The position numbers were made by a program, and so were the translations under genes. From Myxococcota bacterium (GTDB lineage: Bacteria > Myxococcota_A > UBA9160 > UBA6930), in NCBI GenBank assembly GCA_965223415.1, contig OZ245002.1, positions 3,648,001 through 3,712,000 on the forward strand: a stretch of 64,000 bases of DNA, read 5' to 3'. Of this stretch, positions 9,815 through 19,613 are shown in pieces; the stretch's first letter is position 1, and each line of letters starts with the position of its first letter. The notes beneath the pieces were generated by a model. The model made no database searches, was not told the DNA's origin, and saw only the letters and a list, made by a program, of their open reading frames with translations.

Positions 9815-10714
9815 GTGATGATGGACGCGTCCCCCACGCGTCGGCCGGTGCTGGCCGTCTCGTCCAACAAGGGCGGGGTCGGCAAGACCACGGTGGCGAC
9901 GAACCTGGCGGTCTACCTGCGTGCGCTGCACGAGGAGCTGGGCGTGCTGCTGATCGGCCTCGACGACCAGTCGATCATCGACCGCATGTTCCGGCTGCGG
10001 CCGTCGACCTCCGGCGAGCTCAACCTGAAGCACGGCTGGGCCCAGCGCAACCTGTCGGGCGTTCTGCAGCTCGGCCAGTACGGCATCCACTTCGTGCCGA
10101 CGCCGCCGGACACGGGCCCCCTGAAGGCCCGCGCCGGGGATCCGCTCATCCTGCGGAGCATCCTCCAGAAGACGGGCTTCGAGGGTCTCACGATCCTCGA
10201 CACGAAGAGCGATCTCGAAGCCTTGACCTGCAACGCCCTGGCGGCGGCGGACCTCGTCCTTTTGCCGGTCTCGGACTGGGCTTCCTTCGAGGAGGCGGAG
10301 AAGGCCTTCGACCTGCTGCGCCGTCAGCCTTCCGGCGAACGCCGCGGCCGCGTGCTCTTCACGCTGGTCGATCGCCGGACGCGGGTCGACGCATCCGGGC
10401 GGGACCTCTACGAGCGCCTGGCCCGGGCGAGCGACGAGCGCGGCTGGCCGCGTTTCCAGACCTTCCTGTCCCGCAGCCCCCGGGTCGAGGCCCTGAACTC
10501 CGGCTCGGGGATTCCCGGCTCGGTGTTGCACCACGCCCGCGGCACCGCCGTCCACCGGCAGTTCCGGGAGCTGGCCGAGGAGGTGAGCAAGCTCCTCGGC
10601 CTCGGCGATACCGGTCCCGTTCGCCGCCCTCCCGAGGCCCGCCGCGCGGAGCCGGCTCCGAGCCTCGGCGGCGGCCTCAAACGCGCCCTCCTGAAGGGCC
10701 TCCGCGCCCGCTAG
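9815..10714 (+). CDS. ParA/Soj family ATPase (orphan, no adjacent parB)
   Basis: Deviant Walker A KGGVGKTT, ILDT, NALAAADLVLLPV. Confidence 0.85.
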   Translation: MMMDASPTRRPVLAVSSNKGGVGKTTVATNLAVYLRALHEELGVLLIGLDDQSIIDRMFRLRPSTSGELNLKHGWAQRNLSGVLQLGQYGIHFVPTPPDTGPLKARAGDPLILRSILQKTGFEGLTILDTKSDLEALTCNALAAADLVLLPVSDWASFEEAEKAFDLLRRQPSGERRGRVLFTLVDRRTRVDASGRDLYERLARASDERGWPRFQTFLSRSPRVEALNSGSGIPGSVLHHARGTAVHRQFRELAEEVSKLLGLGDTGPVRRPPEARRAEPAPSLGGGLKRALLKGLRAR

Positions 10715-11445
10715 CGAGCCGCTTCGGCGCTGCGTTTCGCGTCGCGGACGGCGCGGCGGAGCTTGGTGTGGAGGGCGCGGACGACGACGAGGCGTTCCTC
10801 GGCGGCTTCGCGCTCGTCTCCGAAGACGCTCTCGGCGTAGTCGGCGAGCTCCCCGACGTTGCGCTTCGCCTGACGGAGCAGGCGCTCGGCGTCTTCGAGG
10901 CGATCGACCTCGAGCAGGGCGAGGCCGCCGCGCAGGCGTTCCTCCAGGGAGGGGCGCGCCGCGGGATAGCGCTGGGCGGCGTAGCGCAGGAGCCCCCGCT
11001 CCAGGTCCAGGTGCTCGGGCCGGGCGGGCCGGTAGCTGCGGCCGGTCTCGCAGCCGCTGTCGAAGGTGCCGTGGTCCCAGGCGAGCAGGCGATCGTCCTC
11101 GAAGATCATCCAGCTCGAGCGCTCCGTGCGTGTGAAGGTGAGCCCTTCGCGGTGGCGACACACCCGGTGGGCGGTCACACCGACCCGGCCACGGGAGGCG
11201 TCGCCGCGTCCGGCCTCGAGCGCCGTCCAGGGCAGCTCGTGGGCCGCGAGCACCCGCAGCTCCACGACTTCGAGCCGGTGCCCCTTTCCGGGCGCCTCGA
11301 AGAGCGAGGCGAGGGTGGCGTGCAGCGCGCCGCCGGAGGCCGGCGGCGCGGCGGTTCCATCGCCGGCCGCACGGTGCCAGGCCTCGGGGCTCCCGGCGCA
11401 GGCGGCCAGGAAGACCAGCAGGAGGGGGACGGGCGCGCACCGCAT
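10711..11445 (-). CDS. Hypothetical lipoprotein
   Basis: Lipobox LAAC after a hydrophobic stretch; helical TPR/coiled-coil-like C-terminus; GC3 bias. Confidence 0.7.
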   Translation of the reverse strand: MRCAPVPLLLVFLAACAGSPEAWHRAAGDGTAAPPASGGALHATLASLFEAPGKGHRLEVVELRVLAAHELPWTALEAGRGDASRGRVGVTAHRVCRHREGLTFTRTERSSWMIFEDDRLLAWDHGTFDSGCETGRSYRPARPEHLDLERGLLRYAAQRYPAARPSLEERLRGGLALLEVDRLEDAERLLRQAKRNVGELADYAESVFGDEREAAEERLVVVRALHTKLRRAVRDAKRSAEAAR

Positions 11446-11509
11446 GGGGCCGAAGCGTAGCGCGCACCCCTGTTTGCAGGGCGGTTCGCGCGTAGGCTAG
11501 AACCCCTTC

Positions 11510-12331
11510 GTGCCCGAGTCTCCCGCCCTCCACGAAAGGAACGTCGACTTCCGCTGGGAGACCCCCGAAGGTCCCTATCGCTGCATCTCTGCCGAGCAGG
11601 GGTGCGCGTGGGACGAGCAGGGCTGGTTCGTGCTCGAAGATGCCTTCGACCCGGACACCATCGGGCGGGTGACCTCCGCCATCGATCCCCTCGAGGAGGA
11701 GGTGACCGCCTTCCTGAAGACGCGCCCGGACGGGAAGCTGCTGATCGCCGAGGACGGCAACATCACCTTCACCACCCACGTGGTCACGCGGGATCCGGTG
11801 CTCCGGGCGTTCTGTGCCCACCGCGTGTTCCAGGACCTGCTGCACGACCTGATCGGTCCCGACGTGCGGCTCTACTGGGACCAGGCCGTCTACAAGAAGC
11901 CGGAGCGTCCCGGCCGCTTCCCGTGGCACCAGGACAACGGCTATACCTACGTGGAGCCTCAGCAGTACGTCACCTGCTGGGTGGCGCTCACCGACGCCAC
12001 CGTCGACAACGGCTGCCCCTGGGTCGTGCCCGGGCTCCACCATCGCGGCACCCTGGCCCACTGGACCACCGACGCCGGCTACCAGTGCCTGCCGGACGAT
12101 CCGGAGGGCGCCGTGCCCGCGCCGGTCCGCGCGGGAAGCATCGTCGTCTTCTCCTCGCTCACGCCCCACGCCACCGGGCCCAACACCACGGACGGCGTGC
12201 GCAAGGCCTACATCGTGCAGTTCGCTCCTGACGGGGCCCGCTTCTTCCTCCCCGGCCAGGAGCCCGCGCCCTGCGACGATCCGGCGCGGCAGTTCCTCAT
12301 CCTGAAGGACGGCGAGCCCGTCCAACCCTAG
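11510..12331 (+). CDS. Phytanoyl-CoA dioxygenase (PhyH) family Fe(II)/2OG oxygenase
   Basis: WHQD motif, WVALTDATVDNGC, distal His (TPHATGPN) and 2OG-binding Arg (VRKAY). Confidence 0.9.
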   Translation: MPESPALHERNVDFRWETPEGPYRCISAEQGCAWDEQGWFVLEDAFDPDTIGRVTSAIDPLEEEVTAFLKTRPDGKLLIAEDGNITFTTHVVTRDPVLRAFCAHRVFQDLLHDLIGPDVRLYWDQAVYKKPERPGRFPWHQDNGYTYVEPQQYVTCWVALTDATVDNGCPWVVPGLHHRGTLAHWTTDAGYQCLPDDPEGAVPAPVRAGSIVVFSSLTPHATGPNTTDGVRKAYIVQFAPDGARFFLPGQEPAPCDDPARQFLILKDGEPVQP

Positions 12332-12340
12332 GAGTCGCGC

Positions 12341-13465
12341 ATGCCCATCAGCCCCATGGACGACTACCTGGCCCACCAGACGTCGGAGACCTTCGACCAC
12401 GTCGCTACCTCCGACCGGAACTTCTACGACCGCTACTACTTCAATGCCCACCCGTCCTCCGACGAGCTCTTCCTCGTGACGGGTCTCGGCCAGTACCCGA
12501 ATCTCGGAGTGACCGACGCCTTCGTCGCCGTCTCCCATGGCACGAGCCAGTACGTCGTGCGCGCCTCCCGGGAGCTCGGCGCTGACCGCCACGACACCTC
12601 CGTCGGACCGTTCCGCGTCGACGTGATCGAGGGTCTGCAGAAGCTGCGCGTCGTGTGCGAGCCCAACGAGTGGGGCCTCGCCTTCGACATGACCTTCACG
12701 GGCCAGGTCCCCGCCCTCGAGGAGCCCAAGACCTTCCGCCGCAACCACGGCCGCGTGACCACCGACACCTCGCGCTACGCCCAGGTCGGGCGCTGGGAGG
12801 GCCGCCTCGAGGTCGCCGGCCAGACCTACGACGTCTCGCCCGACACCTGGAAGGGCGCCCGCGACCGCTCCTGGGGCGTGCGTCCCGTGGGCGAGGCCGA
12901 GGCCCCGGGCATCCGCTTGAAGGACCTGCAGGCCGGCACCGCCGGCTTCTATCACAACTGGTGCCCGATGCAGTTCGACGACTTCATGCTGAAGGTGCAG
13001 CTCGACCGGCACCACGACGGCGCCGTCGTGCTGGAGGAGGGCGTCAAGGTCTGGAACCACGGGATCGACAAGGAGCCCGAGCACCTGGGCTCGCCCTCCA
13101 TCGACATCACCTACCTGTCCGGGACCCGGGAGATCGACCACGCCGACATCACCCTGGCCCATCCGAGCGGCCGTGCCCTGAAGATCCGCAGCCACCCGGT
13201 GCGCACCGTCTACCTCCGGGCGGGCACCGGCTACATGGCCCACGACGGCTGGGGCCACGGCTACTACCAGGGTCCCCAGAAGGTCGAAGGCCTCACCTTC
13301 GACATGAGCAGCCAGGCGAAGCGCAGCGAGTGGGCCGGCCTGAACGAGACCCTCTCCCGCTTCGAGCTCGAGACCGGCGAGGTCTGCTACGCCATGCACG
13401 AGAACATGATCATGGGCACCTACCTGCCCGACGGCTTCGATTCACCAGGGGCGCTAGCGCCGTAG
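12341..13465 (+). CDS. Conserved hypothetical protein (possible AttH/CrtC/tocopherol-cyclase-like beta fold)
   Basis: Strong codon bias; SD GGAG; FYDRYYF and GARDRSWGVR (RDxSWG-type) motifs; likely operonic with phyH. Confidence 0.75.
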   Translation: MPISPMDDYLAHQTSETFDHVATSDRNFYDRYYFNAHPSSDELFLVTGLGQYPNLGVTDAFVAVSHGTSQYVVRASRELGADRHDTSVGPFRVDVIEGLQKLRVVCEPNEWGLAFDMTFTGQVPALEEPKTFRRNHGRVTTDTSRYAQVGRWEGRLEVAGQTYDVSPDTWKGARDRSWGVRPVGEAEAPGIRLKDLQAGTAGFYHNWCPMQFDDFMLKVQLDRHHDGAVVLEEGVKVWNHGIDKEPEHLGSPSIDITYLSGTREIDHADITLAHPSGRALKIRSHPVRTVYLRAGTGYMAHDGWGHGYYQGPQKVEGLTFDMSSQAKRSEWAGLNETLSRFELETGEVCYAMHENMIMGTYLPDGFDSPGALAP

Positions 13466-13467
13466 GC

Positions 13468-13540
13468 GTGAGACAAAGGGACGTTCCTTTCTGTCTCACG
13501 GCTCCGCCGTGAGACAGAAAGGAACGTCCCTTTGTCTCAC
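13468..13540. repeat. 73-bp palindromic REP/REPIN-like element, copy 1
   Basis: Perfect 35-bp inverted repeat GTGAGACAAAGGGACGTTCCTTTCTGTCTCACGGC with a TCC loop, filling the gap between two convergent stop codons. Confidence 0.9.
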
Positions 13541-15504
13541 TAGGCCGCTCCGCGGGTCTGGAGGTCGACGAAGCGGCGGTAGGCGCCGCCGCTCCGGCCC
13601 ATGAGCTCGGCGTGGCTGCCCTCCTCGACAATGCGCCCGGCTTCCACGAAGGCGATGCGGTCCGCATGGCGGATGGTCGAGAGGCGGTGCGCGATCACCA
13701 GCACGCCGTGATCGCTGCGCGCCTCCTCCATCATCTCCACCAGGGCGCGCTCGGTCTCCGGGTCGAGAGCAGAGGTCGGCTCGTCGAGGATCAGGATCGG
13801 GGAGGGGCGCACGAGCGCCCGGGCGATGCCGATGCGCTGCTTCTGCCCCACCGAGAGCTTGCCTCCGCCCCGTCCGAGCCGCGTGCGGTAGCCCTGGGGC
13901 AGGTCGCGCACGAAGCTGTCGGCGCCGGCGCGTACGGCGGCGCGCCTCACCTCCGCCTCGCTCGCCCGCGGGCGGCCGAGGCGGATGTTCTCTTCCACCG
14001 TGGCGTCGAAGAGCACGGTCTCCTGGAACACGAAGGCGACCTGCTCGCGGATGGAGGCCCGCGAGAAGCCCCGCGCGTCGGCTCCGTCGAAGAGAACCTG
14101 GCCCCGGTCCGGCTCGTGGAAGCGCGGGATCAGCGAGGCCAGGGTGGTCTTGCCGGCACCGGCGGGGCCGACGAGCGCCACGATCTCGCCTTTGCGGAGG
14201 TCGAGGCTCACGCCATCCAGTGCCGGCGTGCCGTCCGGGTAGGCGTAGGCGGCGTCCTCGACCCGCACGTGCCGGACCGGCCGCGGCAGGGCCGGCGTTC
14301 CCGGAGGCTCCTCCTCCGTCGGCAGGTCCATGAGGAAGAAGACGCGGTGCAGCCCCACCGCGGCCTCCTGCAGGCGGATCCACAGGGCGCCCAGATCGAT
14401 GCAGGCGAACATCAGGTAGAGGAAGTAGGTGAACAGCAGCAGGAAGTCGCCGCGGGTGATGGCGCCGGCGATCACCATGTTGGCGCCGTAGAGGAAGACC
14501 CGCCCCGCGAAGAACATCCCGGGCAGGAAGGCGAACAGGAAGATGCCCATGCCGACCACCATCACCGACCGATGCCGGCTGAAGGCGCTCCAGCTGTCCG
14601 CGTCGAAGCGATCCTGCTCCCGGTCCTCGGCACCGAGGCTCTGGACGGCGAGGATGTTCGAGAGCCCCTCTTCGAGGCTGCTGGCGGTGGCGGCGCCGGC
14701 CTGGCGGCTGGCGCTGCTGCGGCGGCGGAGCACTCCGGTGAAGGGCAGGCTCACCACCAGGGCGATGCCGAACATCCACAGCGCGCTCTGCCAGAAGATC
14801 GGGTGGTCGCCGAAGAGGAGCGACATCACGACCACCGTCGCCAGGGCGAAGGCCGCGGCGGCGAAGGGCGTGAGGATGATGCGATAGACGCCGTGGGTGA
14901 TCGACGGCGTGTCGTACATGACGCGGAAGACCGCGTCGCCGATGCGCTCGTCGTCGAAGACGGTCATCGGCAGGGCCTGGATGCGTTCGAAGAGCCGCGA
15001 TCGGTAGTGGTGGTTCAGCGCCTGGGTCAACTGGATGGTGAAGCGGAAGTCGAGCAGGCCCAGCAGTCCGCTCGCCATCGACCAGCCCTCGTTGGCCTCG
15101 TTCTCGGTGCGGCTGGCCTGGTCGTGGCCCGAGGAGAGATGGGACTCGGCCCGGTCCCGCTCGGCACCGCCGGTGCCGACGGCGCCGACCAGCACGAGAA
15201 GCAGGAGCTGGACGACGATCATCCAGCCCAGGATCTCGCCGCCGGGCAGGCCGACCAGCGGCTCCATCAGCGGGCGCAAGAGCGCCGGATAGTCCGCGGG
15301 CACGACCGGGCGCGCCTCGACCACGTGGTCGACGATGATCTTCACCGGCCACGGTGTCAGGAAGAGGGGAACCAGGGAGGCCAGGAGCAGTGCGTACTTC
15401 CATGCGAAGCGCCGACGGAAGGGCAGGGCGTAACGGAACGCCCGCCCCAGCACGCGCACGGTCTCGCCGTGGCCGATCGAGCCTCGCTCCTGGAGCCGGC
15501 TCAC
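13540..15504 (-). CDS. ABC exporter, fused permease/ATP-binding subunit (heterodimer partner B)
   Basis: TM domain plus [36 protein letters not shown] overlaps the upstream stop (GTGA). Confidence 0.9.
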   Translation of the reverse strand: MSRLQERGSIGHGETVRVLGRAFRYALPFRRRFAWKYALLLASLVPLFLTPWPVKIIVDHVVEARPVVPADYPALLRPLMEPLVGLPGGEILGWMIVVQLLLLVLVGAVGTGGAERDRAESHLSSGHDQASRTENEANEGWSMASGLLGLLDFRFTIQLTQALNHHYRSRLFERIQALPMTVFDDERIGDAVFRVMYDTPSITHGVYRIILTPFAAAAFALATVVVMSLLFGDHPIFWQSALWMFGIALVVSLPFTGVLRRRSSASRQAGAATASSLEEGLSNILAVQSLGAEDREQDRFDADSWSAFSRHRSVMVVGMGIFLFAFLPGMFFAGRVFLYGANMVIAGAITRGDFLLLFTYFLYLMFACIDLGALWIRLQEAAVGLHRVFFLMDLPTEEEPPGTPALPRPVRHVRVEDAAYAYPDGTPALDGVSLDLRKGEIVALVGPAGAGKTTLASLIPRFHEPDRGQVLFDGADARGFSRASIREQVAFVFQETVLFDATVEENIRLGRPRASEAEVRRAAVRAGADSFVRDLPQGYRTRLGRGGGKLSVGQKQRIGIARALVRPSPILILDEPTSALDPETERALVEMMEEARSDHGVLVIAHRLSTIRHADRIAFVEAGRIVEEGSHAELMGRSGGAYRRFVDLQTRGAA

Positions 15505-17462
15505 GGCGAAGCCCCGGCGGCCCGGGCGGGCTCGGCCTCCTGCCGGAAGAGCGTTCCGTAGACGCCCTCCTGGCGACCCAGGAGCTCCTCGTGGGTGCCG
15601 CGTTCGACGATGCGCCCGTCCCGGAGCACCAGGATCTGGTCGGCCCGGCGGATCGACGAGAGCCGGTGGGTGATCAGGAAGATGAGCCGGCCCCGGCCCC
15701 ACTCGGCGAGGTTCCCGAGCACGCGGATCTCGGTCTCCGCGTCGAGGGAGGCCGTGGGCTCGTCGAGGATCAGGATGGGCGTGTCCTTCAGCACCGCCCG
15801 GGCGATCGAGAGGCGCTGGCGCTGGCCGGTCGAGAGCTTGGTTCCACGCTCTCCCAGGAGCGTGTCGTAGCCCCCGGGCAGCTTGGCGATGAACTCGTCG
15901 GCGCCGGCGATGCGGGCGGCCTCGCGCACCTTGGCGTCGGTCGCGCCGGGCACCGCGTAGCGAATGTTCTCGCGCACGGTCGTCCCGAACAGCAGGTTCT
16001 CCTGCAGCGCAACCGCCACGGCGCTGCGCAGGCTCGCCGTCTGGAACCTCCGCAGGTCGCGCCCGTCGATTTCGACCGCGCCTCGTTCCGGCTCGAAGAG
16101 ACGCAGCAGCAGGGCCATCAGCGTGGTCTTGCCCGAGCCGGTCGGGCCGACGATCGCCGTCATGCTGCCCACCTCGGCCTCGAAGTCGACGCCCTCCAGG
16201 GCGGGGCGGTCCGGCTGGTAGCGGAAGTGCACGTCGCGGTAGGCGATGCCGCGGCCGATGCTCTCCAGGGGCACCGCGTCCGGCACATCCTGCACCTCGG
16301 GCTCGAGGTCGAGCAGCTCGAAGACCCGGTCGAGGCCGATCGCCACGTCCTGGGTGCGGCCCCAGGTCTTGAAGAGGAGCCGCAGCTGGCCCGCGCCATC
16401 GCCGAAGCGCATCTTGAAGAAGTTGTAGAGGCCGAGGGTCCAGATGCTGAAGCCCAGGACTTCGAGCATCAGAGGCGCGCTGGTCGCCGTGCGCGCCGCG
16501 GCGAAGGCGCCGCCGCCCACGAGCGCCAGGCCACAGACCCAGAAGAGCGAGACGGTGAAGACCGCCAGCCGGTCCCGGGCGCGGAAGGCCGCGTCGAAGG
16601 CGCTTCGGCTGGCCCCCTCGAAGACGTCCTGCCAGCGCCGCTCGGCCCCGTAGGCCTTGATCACCTTGATGCCGACCAGCGTCTCCTGGATGCGCGCCGT
16701 GAGCGACGCGTTCGTCTCCCGCGCCTCGCGGAACCCGACCCGCAGGCGCCGGGAGAACCACAGGCCCAGCAGGAGGAGCGGCGGCCACAGGAGCCCCAGC
16801 GCTAGCGCCATCCAGGGATCGAAGGCGGCGACGACGAGGACGCCGAAGGCATAGCGGCCGAGGGTGGCGATCGGCGCGAAGAAGAGCAGCTCGATCAGCT
16901 GCGTCACCATCGCCGAGTCCTGCATCATGCGGTAGAGCGCGTCGCCGATCGCGTGGTCGCTGTGGAAGCGCAGGGAGAGCCGCTGGAGCTGCTCGAGGAG
17001 CTGCACCCGCAAGAGCTGGTTCACCCGCTGCAGGATCCAGACCTGGTAGTAGTAGAGGGCTAGGATCAGGGGCGTCACCAGCACGGCGACGGCGCCGCAC
17101 GCGACGAGCGCGCCTTCCAGGAGATCCCGCCGCACCGGCGCCGCGAGCTCCTCCACGTGCGTCACCAGGGCCGGGTCGAGGCCGAGGAGCCGGGCCTGCT
17201 CCAGGGGCAGCGGCTGGCCTTGCAGGACGCGCGTCCAGATCAGGTCGAGCACCAGGAGGCCGAGGGGGAAGAGCGCCACGGCCACCAGGCCGAATCCGCC
17301 GAACAGCGCGAACATGTGCCGCCGCAGCGGGTGCAGCCACTGGAGACACCGGGCGAGCAGGCGAAGGACGAGCCGGAAGGGAAGCCGGTCCGCGCGGCCG
17401 CCCTGGCCCAGGTGGCCGAGGCCTCCCCATGCGGGACCGCCGTTCTGGGTGGGGTGCGCCAA
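15501..17462 (-). CDS. ABC exporter, fused permease/ATP-binding subunit (heterodimer partner A)
   Basis: TM domain plus [36 protein letters not shown] start with GAGGG upstream (start uncertain). Confidence 0.9.
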   Translation of the reverse strand: MAHPTQNGGPAWGGLGHLGQGGRADRLPFRLVLRLLARCLQWLHPLRRHMFALFGGFGLVAVALFPLGLLVLDLIWTRVLQGQPLPLEQARLLGLDPALVTHVEELAAPVRRDLLEGALVACGAVAVLVTPLILALYYYQVWILQRVNQLLRVQLLEQLQRLSLRFHSDHAIGDALYRMMQDSAMVTQLIELLFFAPIATLGRYAFGVLVVAAFDPWMALALGLLWPPLLLLGLWFSRRLRVGFREARETNASLTARIQETLVGIKVIKAYGAERRWQDVFEGASRSAFDAAFRARDRLAVFTVSLFWVCGLALVGGGAFAAARTATSAPLMLEVLGFSIWTLGLYNFFKMRFGDGAGQLRLLFKTWGRTQDVAIGLDRVFELLDLEPEVQDVPDAVPLESIGRGIAYRDVHFRYQPDRPALEGVDFEAEVGSMTAIVGPTGSGKTTLMALLLRLFEPERGAVEIDGRDLRRFQTASLRSAVAVALQENLLFGTTVRENIRYAVPGATDAKVREAARIAGADEFIAKLPGGYDTLLGERGTKLSTGQRQRLSIARAVLKDTPILILDEPTASLDAETEIRVLGNLAEWGRGRLIFLITHRLSSIRRADQILVLRDGRIVERGTHEELLGRQEGVYGTLFRQEAEPARAAGASP

Positions 17463-17574
17463 GTTCTTCCCTCTCGGGCGCCCGACCCACCCGACACCCG
17501 ACGGTAATTCCTCCTGGGTCCGCCGCCAACGTCGCCGGCCTTGCCCCCCGCGGGGCGGCCTCTACCCTCCGGCC

Positions 17575-18924
17575 GTGCACATCGTCATCGTCGGCGGAGG
17601 CCAGGTGGGGACCACCCTCGCCTCCAAGCTCTCCGGCGAGGGTCACGACGTGGCGGTGGTGGAGCGCGATCCCGCCCGGCTGGCCGACCTCGCCGACACT
17701 CTCGACGTGCGGGTGGTGGCGGGCAACGGCGCCACCGCCGGCGCGCTGCGCCAGGCCGGGGCCGCCGACGCGAGCCTGGTGGTCGCGGCCACCGAGAGCG
17801 ACGAGGCGAACTTCGTCTGCGGTCGCATCGCGGCGTCGATGTTCGAGGTGCCCCACGTGGTGGTGCGTCTCCGCGAGCCGGACCACGAGGAGGCCTTCCG
17901 CGCGCTATCGCGCGGCGACGACGTCGACATCGCCTGCGTGAACCCGGAGGCCGCCGCCGTCGGGGAGATCGGGGCGCTCCTCGAGGTGCCCGGTGCTCTC
18001 GACGTCTGGCACTTCATGGGCGGCGACCTGCTGGTCGCGGGTTTCCCCATCCACGAGGGCTCCGAGTTCGCCGAACGTCCGGTGCTCGACATGCGGCTCT
18101 TCTTCGCCGAGACGCCGTCCCTCGTCGTCGCGATCCACCGCGACGACCACGTGCTGGTGCCCGGCGGCAAGGAGACGATCCGCACCGGCGACATCGTCTA
18201 CTTCGCCCTCGCCCGCTCCGACCTCGACGCCATGCTCGAGCTGATGGAGGTGTCCCGGGAGGCGAGTCGCAAGTTGATGATCGCCGGCGCCAGTCGCATG
18301 GGGTTGGACCTGGCCCGGCGCCTCGAGTCGAGCACCGCATCCCTCGTGGTCCTCGAGCCGGACGAGGGGCGCGCCCGCGCCGCCGCCGAGCAGCTCTCTC
18401 GCGCCGTCGTCGTCCACGGCTCCCTGACCAGCGAGCGCCTCCTGGACGAGGAGCAGATCGAGCGCGTCGGCACCTTCGTCGCCGTCGGCGACGACCACGA
18501 GACGAACCTGGTGGCGGGGCTGCTGGCCAAGCGCATGGGCGCCGGCCGCGCCTTCGCGCTGGTCGACAACCCGGCCCTCGCCAACCTGATCGGCGAGACC
18601 GCCATCGACGCCATCATCAGCCCCCGGCTCCTGGCCATCGGGCTCACCCTCCAGCACATCCCTGGAGCGGTCGTCCACGAGATGGCGGCCCTGCTCGGCG
18701 ACCGGGTCGAAGTCCTGGAGGCCGAAGTGGGGAGGGGCGCACCGGTGTGCAATCACGTCATCGCCAGCCTCGACCTGCCGCCGGGCCTGCTGTTCGTGGC
18801 GATCGGTCGCGGCGGCGGCCTCCGGGTGCCGCGCGGCGACGACCGGGTGGAGCCGGGAGACCGGCTGCTGGTCGTGGCGAAGAGTGGCCTTCGGAGCCGG
18901 CTGTCGGCGTTGCTGCTGCCCTAG
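17575..18924 (+). CDS. trkA: Trk system potassium uptake regulatory protein
   Basis: Starts (M)HIVIVGGGQVG; two RCK_N/RCK_C pairs; ~449 aa; TESDEANFVC and DDHETNL motifs. Confidence 0.88.
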   Translation: MHIVIVGGGQVGTTLASKLSGEGHDVAVVERDPARLADLADTLDVRVVAGNGATAGALRQAGAADASLVVAATESDEANFVCGRIAASMFEVPHVVVRLREPDHEEAFRALSRGDDVDIACVNPEAAAVGEIGALLEVPGALDVWHFMGGDLLVAGFPIHEGSEFAERPVLDMRLFFAETPSLVVAIHRDDHVLVPGGKETIRTGDIVYFALARSDLDAMLELMEVSREASRKLMIAGASRMGLDLARRLESSTASLVVLEPDEGRARAAAEQLSRAVVVHGSLTSERLLDEEQIERVGTFVAVGDDHETNLVAGLLAKRMGAGRAFALVDNPALANLIGETAIDAIISPRLLAIGLTLQHIPGAVVHEMAALLGDRVEVLEAEVGRGAPVCNHVIASLDLPPGLLFVAIGRGGGLRVPRGDDRVEPGDRLLVVAKSGLRSRLSALLLP

Positions 18925-18950
18925 CTCCCGGGATCCGACGGGAGGCGGCC

Positions 18951-19499
18951 CTAGAGCCTGAGCCGGCTCGCTCGCCGGCGGCCCGAGATGCCGTGCAGGA
19001 TCGCTCCCAGGGCCATGCCGGTACAGAAGATCAGCGCACCCATCAGCCACTCGGCGGAGCGGGTGCCTGCCCGAAGCTTGTAGTTCTCCTGGGTGAGCCG
19101 CTCGATCTCTTCCTTCTGGCCGCCGTCCGCCGAGCTCAGCGTGTCGTTGGACTGGCGCAGGCGCTGGGCCTCCGCGGAGGTCGATTCCAGCGTGCTGCGG
19201 AGCTGCTCGGTCTCCGCCTCGAGCTGGGCGAGCCGCACGGTCGGCGGCGCGTCCGGCTCGAGATAGCCCTCGGCGATCCAGCCGGTCTTGCCCTCGCCGT
19301 CGCGGACCTTCGTCCAGCCGTCGCCCCGTTCGAGCACGCTCAGCCGATCGCCGGGCGTCGCCGACGCCAGGATCCGGAACTGGGTGCCCGGGCCGCTCCG
19401 CAAGTTGAGCGGCGCGCCGCGCACCCAGGCTTCCTCGGCCCCGGCGGCGCCGGCCAGTAGCAGGAGCCCCAGGACGGACGCCACGATCCCCCGCCTCAT
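18951..19499 (-). CDS. SH3b domain protein with coiled coil and C-terminal TM (YgiM/TIGR04211-like)
   Basis: Signal peptide; LNLRSGPGTQFRIL...GWTKVR...GWIA; coiled coil; C-terminal TM with basic tail. SD GGAGG, and TACAAT -10 on the minus strand at 19524-19529. Confidence 0.85.
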   Translation of the reverse strand: MRRGIVASVLGLLLLAGAAGAEEAWVRGAPLNLRSGPGTQFRILASATPGDRLSVLERGDGWTKVRDGEGKTGWIAEGYLEPDAPPTVRLAQLEAETEQLRSTLESTSAEAQRLRQSNDTLSSADGGQKEEIERLTQENYKLRAGTRSAEWLMGALIFCTGMALGAILHGISGRRRASRLRL

Positions 19500-19613
19500 C
19501 CGATCCACCTCCACAGGACCGGGATTGTATCGACCCGGCCTGAAGTTGGGAGCCGGAGGCGGTTTCCCCTCACCCCACGACGCCGGCCCCGTCTTCCGAT
19601 ACGATCTCGCCCG

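Noticed and set aside
9686..13399. 1237-aa minus-strand ORF and many other long overlapping ORFs (e.g. 40461-42782, 28072-30366, 37679-39889)
   Set aside because: Antisense or off-frame shadows of recognisable genes. Stop codons are scarce at this GC content and the translations have no family motifs.
17575..18924. trkA without an adjacent trkH as a novel standalone system
   Set aside because: trkA and trkH are often unlinked; this cannot be judged from one window.
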